Of a DNA stretch of 64,000 nucleotides, positions 10,304-20,475 are shown piece by piece. Below the pieces are notes generated by a model. The model was given only the letters and a program-made list of their open reading frames with translations, did no database searches and had not been told where the DNA came from. Every line of letters starts with the position of its first letter. Position 1 is the first letter of the stretch. This DNA comes from an uncultured Clostridia bacterium. GTDB taxonomy: Bacteria > Bacillota > Clostridia > Christensenellales > UBA1242. The stretch is taken from positions 2,589 to 66,588 of the forward strand of contig CALVLZ010000006.1 of the NCBI GenBank assembly GCA_944341445.1, written 5' to 3'. The position numbers and the translations under genes were made by a program.

Positions 10304-11464
10304 ATGAGCAGACAAAAAAAGAAAAAATTTAATAAAAATAATAAAAATACAAATTTTGAAAAGGAACAAATACAGCCATCACAAAGTAGTGTTTCAGATG
10401 TTATAGAGTTAAATGAAAATTTAAAGCCAATTGACAGTTTTAGAACCTTTGTTTTTGCTTTTATTGGACCAATGTTAATAAGTATGGCGTTTGTTATTTG
10501 TGCAATGCTATTTGTTTCGGTTGTTCTAAATATGGAATACCAAAGCATTTCAGAAACTTTGGCGTTTAAAATTATAACATCATCAATAACAGCAATATCA
10601 TTTTTTGTAATATTTATTTTTTATGTTAAAAAATATAAAATCAGTGCATTTAAAGCGGTTAAAATAAATAAACATATAAGTGTTATTAATGTGTTTATTT
10701 GTTTGGCAATTGGTGTTGTTGCGGTTTTTGGGGTTTCTCCGTTTGTTAATTTAATTGATTTAGGTTTGGCAAAACTTGGGTTTAAGTTTGAAAGTCTTCC
10801 TTTTGAAATTAACAGTGTATCAACATATATTTATGCAATAATAACAATGGCACTGCTTCCAGCAATTGCAGAAGAATTAATTTTTAGAGGTTTAATTTTT
10901 AATGGTTTAAACTCTAAATATAAACCTGTTGTTTCAGTTGGTTTGTCTGCATTATTTTTTATGCTTATTCATGGCAGTATTCAACAAACATTTTATCAAC
11001 TATTAATGGGTGTTGTTTTTGCAATTGTTGTGTTAAAAACAAACAATTTAATTTATTCAATGATAATTCACTTTGTTTCAAACTTTTCAGTTGTTTCAAT
11101 TGAATATCATTTGTTTAAATCTCAAACAACTTCACTTATGATAGGTAGTGGCGCAATGCAATATATTTGGCCTGTTATAATTTTAATTGTTGGTGTTGGG
11201 TTAATAGCTTTGCTTTTATATTCTATAAAAGGAAATGCTAAAAACCTTAATACCGAAAATGTTATTCAAAAAGAAGAAGTTGAAGAAACTAAAAACGAAG
11301 AAAACAACAATGAAGAACTTGAAGTTGTTAAAAATAACGAAGTAGAAGAAAAACAAAATTTTAACATAAAGAACTTAAATTATTTAGAAAAAACATTCTT
11401 TTTAGTTGGTGTTATATTTTGTTCAATTATGTGGGTGTTTAACACAATTTCTCATTTTATGTAA
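10304..11464 (+). CDS. CPBP (CAAX/Abi) family intramembrane metalloprotease
   Basis: Multi-TM protein with AEELIFRG, FMLIH and HFVSN motifs. Confidence 0.85.
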   Translation: MSRQKKKKFNKNNKNTNFEKEQIQPSQSSVSDVIELNENLKPIDSFRTFVFAFIGPMLISMAFVICAMLFVSVVLNMEYQSISETLAFKIITSSITAISFFVIFIFYVKKYKISAFKAVKINKHISVINVFICLAIGVVAVFGVSPFVNLIDLGLAKLGFKFESLPFEINSVSTYIYAIITMALLPAIAEELIFRGLIFNGLNSKYKPVVSVGLSALFFMLIHGSIQQTFYQLLMGVVFAIVVLKTNNLIYSMIIHFVSNFSVVSIEYHLFKSQTTSLMIGSGAMQYIWPVIILIVGVGLIALLLYSIKGNAKNLNTENVIQKEEVEETKNEENNNEELEVVKNNEVEEKQNFNIKNLNYLEKTFFLVGVIFCSIMWVFNTISHFM

Positions 11465-11476
11465 AAGGAAGTTAGT

Positions 11477-12646
11477 ATGTTAAAAAACAAAACTAAATAT
11501 ATATTTCTATCATATTTTGTTGCACTTGTTGTTTTTTGCGGAGTTAGAATTTTAGGAAGTTTTAATATATTTTTAGGCTTAGAAAACTTGATTGGAAAAT
11601 GGGGTGCTTCAGCAATTAGTGATGTGTTTTTCACAGTTATAATTCAGGTTGTTGTGCTTTTTGTTATTCCATTTTGCTTATATAAAAAACTAACAAAAAC
11701 AAAGTTAAAAGAAGTAACTAACAGTTCAAAAATTGTTAAGTGCAATGGTAAAACACTTTTATATTCAGTGTTAATTGGTGTTTGTGTTTTTCTTTTAAAC
11801 ATTTTATTAAGTTCACTATTTTATGCAATAATTCAAATGTTTGGTTATTCTCGTGAAATTGGAACAACAGCACAATCACCAGAGTGGTATTTTGTTATAG
11901 ACTTTATTTTAATTGCAGTAATGCCAGCAATATTTGAAGAATTTTTGCACAGAGGATTACTTTTAAATAATTTAAAACAAATTGGTTATAAAAAGGCTTT
12001 AATTATATCATCTGTTTTCTTTGGTTTAATGCACTTAAACATTGAACAATTCTTTTATGCAACAATTTTAGGTTATATAATGGGAATTGTTTGCTTGTGT
12101 TCAAAAAGTGTTTGGACAGCGGTTATTGTTCACTTTTTAAACAATGGTATTGGAACATATTTAACTTATGCAGGAAATTATAATTGGTTTGGCGGAAACT
12201 TTTACGAAATTTTTTCAAACTTAATTTTTCACGATAACTTTTTAATAGCAATACTTTTAATAATGGTTGTTTTAACATTGTTGTTATTTTTAATAATGTT
12301 TTCAATTTTTAAAATTAGCGTTATTAATAAAACAGGCATTGCAGAAAGTGCCACACAAAATAAAAAGGTTTTTGACTTAATAAAAAACTGCAAAACAGAA
12401 GAAGAGAAAAAAGCAATTTTAGAATTTTATGAAAAAAACAAACAACAAAATTTGGAAAAAAATGAAAGTGAAAATTTGGAAAGTGTTAACTTAGAAAATA
12501 TTAAAAAGGCAACTTTTTTAGATTTGGTTTTAAAAGATGATGAAATAACGGAAAAGCTAAAGTTAGATAATAGTATATTTTTAATTGCAACTTTGTTTTT
12601 AGGTTCACTTATAACAATTTTTACGTTTATATGGGGGTTGTTTTAA
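11477..12646 (+). CDS. CPBP (CAAX/Abi) family intramembrane metalloprotease, tandem paralog
   Basis: Multi-TM protein with FEEFLHRG, FGLMH and HFLNN motifs. Confidence 0.85.
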   Translation: MLKNKTKYIFLSYFVALVVFCGVRILGSFNIFLGLENLIGKWGASAISDVFFTVIIQVVVLFVIPFCLYKKLTKTKLKEVTNSSKIVKCNGKTLLYSVLIGVCVFLLNILLSSLFYAIIQMFGYSREIGTTAQSPEWYFVIDFILIAVMPAIFEEFLHRGLLLNNLKQIGYKKALIISSVFFGLMHLNIEQFFYATILGYIMGIVCLCSKSVWTAVIVHFLNNGIGTYLTYAGNYNWFGGNFYEIFSNLIFHDNFLIAILLIMVVLTLLLFLIMFSIFKISVINKTGIAESATQNKKVFDLIKNCKTEEEKKAILEFYEKNKQQNLEKNESENLESVNLENIKKATFLDLVLKDDEITEKLKLDNSIFLIATLFLGSLITIFTFIWGLF

Positions 12647-13119
12647 TGAATATTAATATATATTGCGTTGGAAACATAAAAGAAAAATTTTATGTTGATG
12701 CAATAAACGAATATACTAAACGTATTTCAAGATTTGCAAAAATTAACATAACAGAAGTTAAAGAAGAACAGCTTTGTAAAAATTTCTCTAATGCAGATAT
12801 TTTAAATGTTAAGAAAAAAGAAAGTGCAAGACTAAACGAAAAAATAAGCAATGGCTACACTATTTTATTAGATGTTAATGGTTGCGGTTTATCAAGTGAA
12901 GAACTAGCAAAAAAGTTTAAGGAAGTTGAAAACATTTCTAGCACAACAAATTTTGTAATAGGTGGTAGTTATGGTGTTGATTATAACGAGTTAAATAAAA
13001 TAGATTTTAAACTATCGTTCTCAAAAATGACTTTCCCACATCAACTAATGCGTGTTATACTTTGTGAACAGGTTTATAGGGCTCTAACCATTAACAATAA
13101 CATAACTTATCACAAATAA
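12646..13119 (+). CDS. rlmH: 23S rRNA pseudouridine-1915 N3-methyltransferase
   Basis: MNINIYCVG, FVIGGSYG, MTFPHQLMRVIL.EQVYRA, C-terminal YHK. ATG 12646 overlaps the upstream stop (TAATG). Confidence 0.93.
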   Translation: MNINIYCVGNIKEKFYVDAINEYTKRISRFAKINITEVKEEQLCKNFSNADILNVKKKESARLNEKISNGYTILLDVNGCGLSSEELAKKFKEVENISSTTNFVIGGSYGVDYNELNKIDFKLSFSKMTFPHQLMRVILCEQVYRALTINNNITYHK

Positions 13120-13128
13120 GGGGATAAA

Positions 13129-13587
13129 ATGCAAAAAGAATATTTTATGAAAAAAGCAATTCAACAAGCAAAACTAAGCTTAAAAACAGGTGACGTGCCT
13201 GTTGGTGCTGTTGTTGTTAAAGATAATAAAATTATTGCTTATGCTTGCAATAAAAAAGAAAAAAAGCAAAATTGCTTAGCTCATGCAGAAATTATTGCTA
13301 TTAATAAAGCAATAAAAAAACTTAAAACAAAAATATTGCCAGATTGTGAATTATATGTTACTTTTGAACCTTGTTTAATGTGCGTTGGGGCAATACTTAG
13401 TGCAAAAATAAAAAAAGTGTATTTTGGTGCGTATGATTTAAGATTTAGTTGTGCAAATTTGTTAAAAGAAAACAATTTTAATTTTTCAACAGATGTTGAA
13501 GGTGGAATTTTAAAAGAAGAATGTGGCGAAATGCTAACCGAATTTTTTAAAAAAATAAGAAAGGCGGAAAAACTTAATGCAAACTGA
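13129..13587 (+). CDS. tadA: tRNA adenosine(34) deaminase
   Basis: GDVPVGAVVV, AHAE, LYVTFEPCLMC, YFGAYD. Confidence 0.85.
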   Translation: MQKEYFMKKAIQQAKLSLKTGDVPVGAVVVKDNKIIAYACNKKEKKQNCLAHAEIIAINKAIKKLKTKILPDCELYVTFEPCLMCVGAILSAKIKKVYFGAYDLRFSCANLLKENNFNFSTDVEGGILKEECGEMLTEFFKKIRKAEKLNAN

Positions 13588-14455
13588 AATTTTAGAAGAA
13601 ATTAAAACAGAATATAAAGAACCATCAGTTCAAATTTTTATATTAAACTTAAACAACCCAAGTTTTAAAACTAAGGGCAAAAGTTATGAAATTAAAATTC
13701 TTGGAAAACCAATGTGCAAATGGGTGGAAAGTGCTTGCAAGCCATATAAAACCACTTTTATTAATTGTTCTATAAACGAAAGTGTAACACAGTGTGTTTT
13801 GCCACATTTAACAGATTCAGATATAACTTGTGTTTTGTATGCAGACACACCTTTGTTAAAACATAGCACAATAGTTAATGCAATTGATTATTTAAACTTT
13901 AAAAATATTGATGCAATAAAGTTGCCAAGAGGTTTTGTTTTCAAAACTAAAGTTTTAAAAAGTGGGTTAAATGTTAATTTTCAGGAAAGTTATATTGGCG
14001 GTGAAGAAGAATTCTATGCTGTTTTAAACTTGCAAGCAGTGGCTGAAGCAAGTTCTGTTTTGCAAACAAGAATTAATAACTTTCATATGCAAAATGGTGT
14101 TTTGCTTCAAAACCCTAAAACAATCACAATTGATGCAGATGTTAGCATTGGAAATAATGTTACTATTTTAAGTGGAACTGTTGTTAAAGGTAATAGTGTT
14201 ATTGGCGATGATGTAACAATAAAAGAAAATTGCGTTATTGAAAATTCTGTTATTGAAAAAGGTTCTGTTATTTTTGATTTTAATAAAATATTAAATTCTC
14301 AAATTTGTGAAAATTGTTTAATACTAAGTTTTAACAATATTTCAGCAAACACTGTTGTTAATAATAATGCAACAATTGAAAATTTTTGTGTTTTAAAAGG
14401 CGCAAACATTGCAGAGAATGAAGAAATTTGTGCATACTCTAATATTGACGAATAA
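13577..14455 (+). CDS. Degenerate GlmU-derived protein (eroded NTP-transferase domain plus hexapeptide repeats)
   Basis: Retains ILGKPM, VLYADTPLL and RINNFHMQNGV...IDADVSIG of GlmU and sits in the usual glmU position before pth-mfd. Lacks LAAGxGTRM and the HLSY/NIG/NYxG acetyltransferase motifs. Confidence 0.65.
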   Translation: MQTEILEEIKTEYKEPSVQIFILNLNNPSFKTKGKSYEIKILGKPMCKWVESACKPYKTTFINCSINESVTQCVLPHLTDSDITCVLYADTPLLKHSTIVNAIDYLNFKNIDAIKLPRGFVFKTKVLKSGLNVNFQESYIGGEEEFYAVLNLQAVAEASSVLQTRINNFHMQNGVLLQNPKTITIDADVSIGNNVTILSGTVVKGNSVIGDDVTIKENCVIENSVIEKGSVIFDFNKILNSQICENCLILSFNNISANTVVNNNATIENFCVLKGANIAENEEICAYSNIDE

Positions 14456-14467
14456 AAGGATAAAACA

Positions 14468-15052
14468 ATGGATAACATTTTTGTTATAATTGGGTTGGGA
14501 AACCCAGATAAGAAATACGAAAGAACATATCACAACATGGGTTTTATGGTTGTTGATAAGTTTGCAAATAATAACAACTTAACATTTCAAAATAAACCTA
14601 AATTTAATTCTATGGTGGCGGAGTTTAATGTTAACAATGCAAAAGTTGTTGTTGTTAAACCGAAAACATATATGAATAGTTCTGGAATTGCTGTTCAAAA
14701 AATAAAAAACTTTTACAAAATAAACAACAAAAATTTAATTGTGGTTTATGATGATATTGATTTACCATTAGGAGCAATAAGACTAAGAGAAAAAGGCAGT
14801 GCAGGCACTCATAATGGAATGCGTAGCATTGTGGAGTGTTTGTGTGCAACCGATTTTCCAAGGTTAAGAATTGGCGTTGGGGCAAACACAAAATTTAAAA
14901 ATTTAGCAGATTTTGTTGTGAGCGAAGTTGGAAAAAAAGAATTAGAAATTTTAAATGGAACTTTTGATAATGCTTGCAAAATGCTAGAAAAGTTTATTGA
15001 ATTTAATGGTAATGTTGTTGAAGTTTTAAATTGGGTGAATAAAAACAAATGA
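14468..15052 (+). CDS. pth: Peptidyl-tRNA hydrolase
   Basis: IGLGNP, TYHNMGF, KPKTYMNSSG, VVYDDIDLP, GTHNGMRS, RLRIGVG. Confidence 0.95.
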   Translation: MDNIFVIIGLGNPDKKYERTYHNMGFMVVDKFANNNNLTFQNKPKFNSMVAEFNVNNAKVVVVKPKTYMNSSGIAVQKIKNFYKINNKNLIVVYDDIDLPLGAIRLREKGSAGTHNGMRSIVECLCATDFPRLRIGVGANTKFKNLADFVVSEVGKKELEILNGTFDNACKMLEKFIEFNGNVVEVLNWVNKNK

Positions 15053-18000
15053 TTAAAACGCTTTTAAACAAATCGGGAAACTTTAATAAGTTTTTGCAAA
15101 GCTTAGAAAATGGTGAAAACATAAGTGTTTTTGGGCTTGGCACAAACGAAAAAATTGCAGTTATAAAAGAGTGCAATTCTTTTTGTTTGCTTGTTGCGTC
15201 TTCCGACAAAATTTGTTTAGAACTTAAAGAAGAGTTAGAAAAAGCAAATTTAAACGTTGCAGTTTTGCTAACATTGCCAAGTTTAAATTTTATTAAATTT
15301 AACAATGAACTAATTAACTTTAGAGAAACTATGTTAAAAGTTGAAAGTGGAGCAATTGATGTTTTAATAATAACTCCACAAATATTAAAACAAAAATTTG
15401 TAAACCCAAACAAATTTAAAGAACGTTTTTTAAACTTAGAAGTTGGTTCAACTTTAAGTTTAGATGTTTTTAAGACTATGTTACAGAACTCTGGATTAAC
15501 TCGCGTTGATTGCGTGCAAAATAAAAACGAATTTGCAATTCACGGTGATGTTGTTCAAGTTTTTTTAAACAATGAAGATAATCCTTTAAAAATAAGTTTT
15601 TTTGATACAGAAGTTGAAAGCATTTTTTATTACGATATTATATCTGCAAAGAATTTGTTTGAAGTGGAAAATATTGTTTTACCACTTGGAAATTTTTTTA
15701 ACTTAAACAGCAATGAGATTGAAGATGTAAAAAACAAGTTAGTAAACTATAAACAAAAATTTAATAGCAGAGAACAAGAAGATGCTTGGAACAAGCAAGT
15801 TGATAGTTGTTTATTAGAAATAGATTCTGGCAACTTAAACATTAATTTTTTAACACCATTTGTTGATGATGCAACATATTCTATTTTTAATTATTTAAAT
15901 ATAAACACAACAATTTTTTATAATGAACCAAAACAAATACTTGCAGAATTGAATAACTTTGAAACATTAGCAACAGAAGAAATAAAAAACTTTATTAACA
16001 ATGGTGTTTTGTGTGATAAGCATTTAGGTTTTATTAAAAGCACAGATAATGTTTTTGAAAAAATAAAAAAATTCACTAACGTTGCATTTCAAGCAATAAC
16101 CACTGCAAATAATATTTTTAGGCCACAAAAAGTTTTTTCTTTTGTTTGTTTGCCAAAAATTTCTTATAACAAAAAATACGAAATGCTTGCAGATGATTGC
16201 TATAGGTTGTCTGTTAAAAATGTAACAGTTGTTTTATATGTTAAAAATATGGAACTAGCAAAAATGTTAGAAGGCTATTTAAACCGCAAAAAAGTTTTGT
16301 GTTCTATTGTTCCAAATTTAAGCGGAGTTGTGTTTGGTTCTGTTAATCTTGTAACAAAAGAAGATAATGTCAGTTTTGGTTTGTTGGAAGAAAATATAGT
16401 AGTTATTGGCACATACGATATATTTGCCGACAAAAAACATAACAAACAAGTTAAAACAAATAATGATTTTTCAGAAGAATTTTTGCCAAAGGAAAATGAT
16501 TACGTTGTTCATGAAGTGCACGGAGTTGGTAAATATTTAAAAACTCAGAAACTAACTTTTGGCGGAATTGAAAAAGATTATGCACTAATAGAATATAAGT
16601 TTGGTGATAAGTTATATTTGCCAATTGAAAACTTAAACACAATTTCAAAATATATTGGCGGAGATAAAGTTCCAACATTAAACAAACTTGGCGGAGAAGA
16701 TTTTGCAAAAACTGTTTCCAAAGTTAAGTCAGGCGTTAAGGAACTAGCATTTAATTTAGCAAAGTTATATGCAGAAAGAGAAAATAAAAAACCTAATATT
16801 TATGTTGAAGACGATGAAATTCAGGCAAGTTTTGAAAGTGCATTCAAGTTCACAGAAACTCCAGACCAACTAAAAGCCATTAACGATGTTAAAGCAGATA
16901 TGATGTCGCCTAAAATTATGGATAGGTTAATTTGTGGTGATGTTGGCTATGGCAAAACTGAAGTTGCAATGAGGGCAATGTTTAAGTGTGTTATGAGTGG
17001 GCATCAAGTTGCATTTTTGTGCCCAACAACCATTTTAAGTGAACAACATTTTGTTACTTGTGTTAACAGAATGCAAAGTTTTGGCGTTACTGTTGAAGTA
17101 TTAAACAGGTTTAAAACTTTAAAACAACAAAAAGAAATTTTAGAAAAAGTTAAAAATAAAAATGTTGATATTTTAATTGGAACGCATAGAATTTTAAGTT
17201 CAGATGTTGAAATTCCAAATTTGGCACTTTTAGTTATTGATGAAGAACAACGTTTTGGTGTTGCGGATAAAGAAAAAATTAAAAACATAAAAAAGAATGT
17301 GGATGTTTTAACATTATCTGCCACACCAATTCCAAGAACATTAAATTTAAGTTTGGTTGGAATAAGGGATATAAGCGTTATTGAAACTCCACCTGTTAAT
17401 AGGATTGATGTTAATGTTTCTGTTGTTGCATATTCTGATGCATTAGTAAAAAATGCAATAGAAAAAGAGCTATCTAGAAATGGTCAAGTGTTAATTGTTT
17501 ATAACATTGTTCAAAGCATATATGAGTTTAAACATCGCATTAAAACTTTAATTGGTGAAGATGTTGCTGTTTCTGTTGCTCACGGTCAGATGGATTCAAA
17601 TCAGTTAGAAAACGAAATTTATAAGTTGTATAACAATGAAACACAAGTTTTAATAAGCACAACCTTAATTGAAAACGGAATTGATTTGCCAAACGCAAAC
17701 ACAATAATTGTTATAAATGCAGATAAACTTGGTTTGTCGCAATTATATCAACTTAAAGGAAGGGTTGGAAGAAGCGATAGACAAGCTTTTGCATATTTCA
17801 CTTTTAATGATGGCAAAGCCTTAACTGAAGATGGTTATAAACGCTTAAGTGCAATTTCAGAGTTTTCAACCATGGGCAGTGGTTTTAAAATTGCAATGCG
17901 AGATTTGGAAATAAGGGGCGCTGGAAACTTGCTTGGAGCAAATCAGCATGGGCATTTAGAAAAAGTTGGTTATGCAATGTATGTTAAATTGCTAAAAGAG

Positions 18001-18483
18001 GCAGTAGATGAAATTGAAGGCAAAAATGTTAAAACATTAAACGAAGTTAAAATTTCCACAAAATATCAGGCATATATTCCGGAAAATTTGGTTAAACAAG
18101 AAAGTGTTAGAATTAATTTATATAGCCAAATTTCTAAGTTGCAAAGTTGTGAAGAACTAAACGCATTCATTGAAAAAACTCAAAATATGTTTGTGTGTGA
18201 AAGCGTGCCTGTTTCAAATTTGGCAACAATTGCAACAATAAAAAATTTGGCAAGTTTTTTAAAAGTTAAAGAGGTTTTAATTTTTGATGATTGCAAATTA
18301 ATATTTGATAAAACAGAACTAAAAGATTGCGTTGAACTTTCAAATATGATTCAATCTTTGAACATTAAAGCAAATATTAATGTTGTAAACAATCCAACAG
18401 TTCAATTTATTTATAAAAACAATAATTTGCAAGATTATGCTGAAATTATGCAAAACCTTGTTAATATAGTTAATAAAAAATAA
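15049..18483 (+). CDS. mfd: Transcription-repair coupling factor
   Basis: CarD-like RID (YVVHEVHGVG), ETPDQ, GDVGYGKT, IDEEQRFG, SATPIPRTL, QLKGRVGR, DLEIRGAGNLLG. Confidence 0.95.
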   Translation: MIKTLLNKSGNFNKFLQSLENGENISVFGLGTNEKIAVIKECNSFCLLVASSDKICLELKEELEKANLNVAVLLTLPSLNFIKFNNELINFRETMLKVESGAIDVLIITPQILKQKFVNPNKFKERFLNLEVGSTLSLDVFKTMLQNSGLTRVDCVQNKNEFAIHGDVVQVFLNNEDNPLKISFFDTEVESIFYYDIISAKNLFEVENIVLPLGNFFNLNSNEIEDVKNKLVNYKQKFNSREQEDAWNKQVDSCLLEIDSGNLNINFLTPFVDDATYSIFNYLNINTTIFYNEPKQILAELNNFETLATEEIKNFINNGVLCDKHLGFIKSTDNVFEKIKKFTNVAFQAITTANNIFRPQKVFSFVCLPKISYNKKYEMLADDCYRLSVKNVTVVLYVKNMELAKMLEGYLNRKKVLCSIVPNLSGVVFGSVNLVTKEDNVSFGLLEENIVVIGTYDIFADKKHNKQVKTNNDFSEEFLPKENDYVVHEVHGVGKYLKTQKLTFGGIEKDYALIEYKFGDKLYLPIENLNTISKYIGGDKVPTLNKLGGEDFAKTVSKVKSGVKELAFNLAKLYAERENKKPNIYVEDDEIQASFESAFKFTETPDQLKAINDVKADMMSPKIMDRLICGDVGYGKTEVAMRAMFKCVMSGHQVAFLCPTTILSEQHFVTCVNRMQSFGVTVEVLNRFKTLKQQKEILEKVKNKNVDILIGTHRILSSDVEIPNLALLVIDEEQRFGVADKEKIKNIKKNVDVLTLSATPIPRTLNLSLVGIRDISVIETPPVNRIDVNVSVVAYSDALVKNAIEKELSRNGQVLIVYNIVQSIYEFKHRIKTLIGEDVAVSVAHGQMDSNQLENEIYKLYNNETQVLISTTLIENGIDLPNANTIIVINADKLGLSQLYQLKGRVGRSDRQAFAYFTFNDGKALTEDGYKRLSAISEFSTMGSGFKIAMRDLEIRGAGNLLGANQHGHLEKVGYAMYVKLLKEAVDEIEGKNVKTLNEVKISTKYQAYIPENLVKQESVRINLYSQISKLQSCEELNAFIEKTQNMFVCESVPVSNLATIATIKNLASFLKVKEVLIFDDCKLIFDKTELKDCVELSNMIQSLNIKANINVVNNPTVQFIYKNNNLQDYAEIMQNLVNIVNKK

Positions 18484-18513
18484 AAATGCAACAAAACTAA
18501 AACAATAAATTAA

Positions 18514-18542
18514 TTGATTATTTTAATATATTTTAGTATAAT
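18514..18542 (+). promoter_or_regulatory. sigma-A-type promoter
   Basis: TTGATT-17 bp-TATAAT. Confidence 0.5.
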
Positions 18543-18651
18543 ACTTTGTAAATCGATAACTAGTTAATAATATTAATTATTAAATTTAAAGTTTAAATTT
18601 TGTTTTTATGCTAAAAATTTAATAATATTTATTACTTTTAAGGAGTATTTA

Positions 18652-20346
18652 ATGAAAAAGTTTTTAACACTAATAATAGCATGTTTGTTAAGTGTTTTTA
18701 TGTTTTCAGGTTGCAGTTTGTTTGAACTAAACAAACAAAAATATTATAACGAAGTGGTTGCTGTTGTAACTTTGGAAGACGATACATTAACTTTCACTAA
18801 AAGAGATTTATTGCAATATTATTCAATGTATGGTTCAGAGTACGTTCAAAACGTTACAACTGAAGAAGAGTTAAAAACAGCAATTGAAACTATAACTAAA
18901 GATATGGTTGATAGACAAGTTTTAATTCACGCAATCAAAAAAGTTGTAACATTAGATAAACAAGATGTTTGGAGCATTAAAACAGAACTTTACAAATATT
19001 TTGATGATACAATTGCAAATTTAGAAGATGAAGTTTTGTTAGATTGGGATATGGATAAAGAAGAAGATGCTTCAACTACTGAAACTAGCGAACCATTAAG
19101 AGATGAAAAAGAGGGATATGAGCCAAAGGTTGTAAGAAAATATGATGAAGACGGTCAACCTTATTTGGAAAGAGTTAAAGAAGATGAAGAAAAAGTAACA
19201 GACCCAGGCGAATGGACTTTGAAAATAACAGATGAAAAAGTTTCAAAAGAAGCTTATAAACGTTTCATAAAACAACTTCAAGAACAAGCCGAGGAAGAAG
19301 GCAGAAGTGAAAAAGAAAGCGATGTTTTCCAATATGAATACGATAGAGTTTATAAATTATTGGAAGATAATAAGTATATCGAAAAATATCAAGAACTTTT
19401 AGAATATGGCAACGGAACAGAACAGTTCCCAGGCATTGAAATTAATTCTAGTGCAGTTGTTGAAAAATTTAAAATTAATTATTTAAGAGATAAAGAACTA
19501 TACGAAAACGATATCGATGCATATCACGAAAAAATGAAAAGTGATGATTCTGTTGTTTATTACAGACCAACAAGTGAAAGTGCTGCCTACGTTAATGTTA
19601 ATCAAGTGTTGTTAGGTTTCACAGATGAACAAACTACAATGCTAGAACAAAAGAAAAAAGAAATTGAGTTTGAAAGCGGCAAACTAGAAGAAAATTGGGG
19701 CGAAGAAGAAAAAGCTAAATACGAAGAATACAGAAGCAAGTTAGCTGAAAACATTGTTGTTAAATATGAAAAAGATGGCAAAATTTTAGAAACAACTCCT
19801 CAAAATGTTTTGTTAGAAATTCAAAATGCTTTAAAAGGTAATTACACTTTCACAGAAAAAGCAAAAATATTTGATAGCTTTATTTATGTTTATAATGATG
19901 ACCCAGGTGTTGTTAATGCAGATTTCAACTACGCAATAAACTTAGATGAAAATGTCGAAAGCCAAATGGTTGAAGAATTTGCTGAAGCTGCAAGAAAATT
20001 AAATAAAGAAATTGAAGATTACAATAAACTTAACCCAAACAACAAGTTGGTTGGTGGTAATATTTCAGGTTTGGTTTTAACAGATTATGGATATCACATT
20101 TTATTTAATAGCGGTGTTGCTAAAAACATTGTTAACGATGTGAACACAGTAACATGGGAAACATTGTATAATGTAACAGTAAATCCTGCAAGCGATAAAA
20201 CTTGGTTCCATTACATTTATGACCAATTAACAGATAATTCTGTTTCTAATGGTGTTAATGCTTTGTTATCATCAGAAAAAAGTTTAATAACTGAATATAA
20301 AATTTATGAAAAATCTTACAAAGATATGTGGAAAGATAAAATATAA
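18652..20346 (+). CDS. PrsA/SurA-like parvulin foldase lipoprotein (enlarged)
   Basis: Lipobox FSGC; parvulin C-terminal motifs MVEEFAEAA and ISGLVLTDYGYHIL; lies after mfd, as prsA does in Clostridia. Confidence 0.72.
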   Translation: MKKFLTLIIACLLSVFMFSGCSLFELNKQKYYNEVVAVVTLEDDTLTFTKRDLLQYYSMYGSEYVQNVTTEEELKTAIETITKDMVDRQVLIHAIKKVVTLDKQDVWSIKTELYKYFDDTIANLEDEVLLDWDMDKEEDASTTETSEPLRDEKEGYEPKVVRKYDEDGQPYLERVKEDEEKVTDPGEWTLKITDEKVSKEAYKRFIKQLQEQAEEEGRSEKESDVFQYEYDRVYKLLEDNKYIEKYQELLEYGNGTEQFPGIEINSSAVVEKFKINYLRDKELYENDIDAYHEKMKSDDSVVYYRPTSESAAYVNVNQVLLGFTDEQTTMLEQKKKEIEFESGKLEENWGEEEKAKYEEYRSKLAENIVVKYEKDGKILETTPQNVLLEIQNALKGNYTFTEKAKIFDSFIYVYNDDPGVVNADFNYAINLDENVESQMVEEFAEAARKLNKEIEDYNKLNPNNKLVGGNISGLVLTDYGYHILFNSGVAKNIVNDVNTVTWETLYNVTVNPASDKTWFHYIYDQLTDNSVSNGVNALLSSEKSLITEYKIYEKSYKDMWKDKI

Positions 20347-20371
20347 AAGCTGGAAATTTCCAGCTTTTTTT
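20345..20371 (+). terminator. Rho-independent terminator
   Basis: AAAAGCTGGAAATTTCCAGCTTTT palindrome plus T tract. Confidence 0.8.
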
Positions 20372-20475
20372 ATCTAAAATTGTTTAAATTTTAAAATATT
20401 CCCTATATTTATTTTTAAAATTCTAATGTTTTAATTTATAATATAATATAATTGTTTTAAATTATAAGGGAATAT

